27,033 bases of DNA, from NCBI GenBank assembly GCA_036477555.1, contig JAZGDH010000079.1, forward strand, positions 1 to 27,033. The letters are read 5' to 3'. The stretch comes from Acidobacteriota bacterium (GTDB lineage: Bacteria; Acidobacteriota; Polarisedimenticolia; Gp22-AA2). A model generated the notes under the pieces. That model ran no database searches, had not been told where the DNA came from, and saw only the letters and a program-made list of their open reading frames with translations. Positions 26,797-27,033 of this stretch are shown piece by piece; positions within the stretch are counted from its first letter, which is position 1, and each line of letters begins with the position of its first letter. Position numbers and translations under genes: made by a program.

Positions 26797-27033
26797 GCGG
26801 TCCGAATAGATCCGCCGGCGAGACACCCTCACTCCCGCGCGGCGGCTCGATTCCCAGCAACTGGCTGACGAACGGTGCGATGTCGATCCATCGCATCCGT
26901 TCACGAACGGCTCCGCGTTTCAGTCCGGCTCCCCATGCATGAAATACACCGTGCATCATTTCGCCGTCCGGTCCGAACCCGTGCATCCCGCGTGCCGGTG
27001 GTCCGCCCGACCGGTCGGCGAAGTAGCTTCCGG
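26690..27033 (-). CDS. 3' end of an alkaline-phosphatase-superfamily / nucleotide pyrophosphatase-phosphodiesterase protein; 5' part lies outside the window
   Basis: The frame is open to the window edge: ...GMHGFGPD..MMHGVFHAWGAGLKRG...WIDIAPFVSQLLGIEPP...EG. This matches the NPP-type C-terminal GxHG...D(I/V)APT..LLG pattern. Confidence 0.7.
   Translation of the reverse strand, partial: GSYFADRSGGPPARGMHGFGPDGEMMHGVFHAWGAGLKRGAVRERMRWIDIAPFVSQLLGIEPPRGSEGVSPADLFGPLSPDRKRDASEAYPQSLGRSPPDLRQDPAAGVAPP

Overview
High-GC (about two-thirds by eye) bacterial chromosomal window from a diderm, LPS-making organism. The gene mix suggests Acidobacteriota or a deltaproteobacteria-like lineage (inference only). 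It is mostly housekeeping. In order: a 5'-truncated DUF4388-type protein; an LPS core cluster (heptose kinase, Trm112/YcaR, two GT9 heptosyltransferases, a Kdo-kinase-like gene); tatA/B-tatC; an S41 C-terminal protease; a CIRCE-controlled groES-groEL; a LolA-family gene; two dipeptide-type ABC permeases with no ATPase or binding protein; a REC/HD-GYP regulator; polA; glyA; an alpha/beta hydrolase; a clpB-hsp20-htpX-grpE operon; and the 3' end of a nucleotide pyrophosphatase-like gene. I found no tRNA, rRNA, CRISPR array or mobile element. The best novelty candidate is the translationally coupled pair at 7853-10365, divergent from groESL. The first gene encodes an unknown N-terminal domain fused to a single ClpB/ClpC-D2-type AAA+ module with an intact pore loop, an IGY loop at the ClpP-docking position and a GKN Walker A. 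The second encodes an uncharacterised protein with a zincin-like EExxH...ExxA motif. Secondary candidates are possible HspR-like operators over the clpB promoter and a tandem MshEN-type c-di-GMP motif in the first gene.
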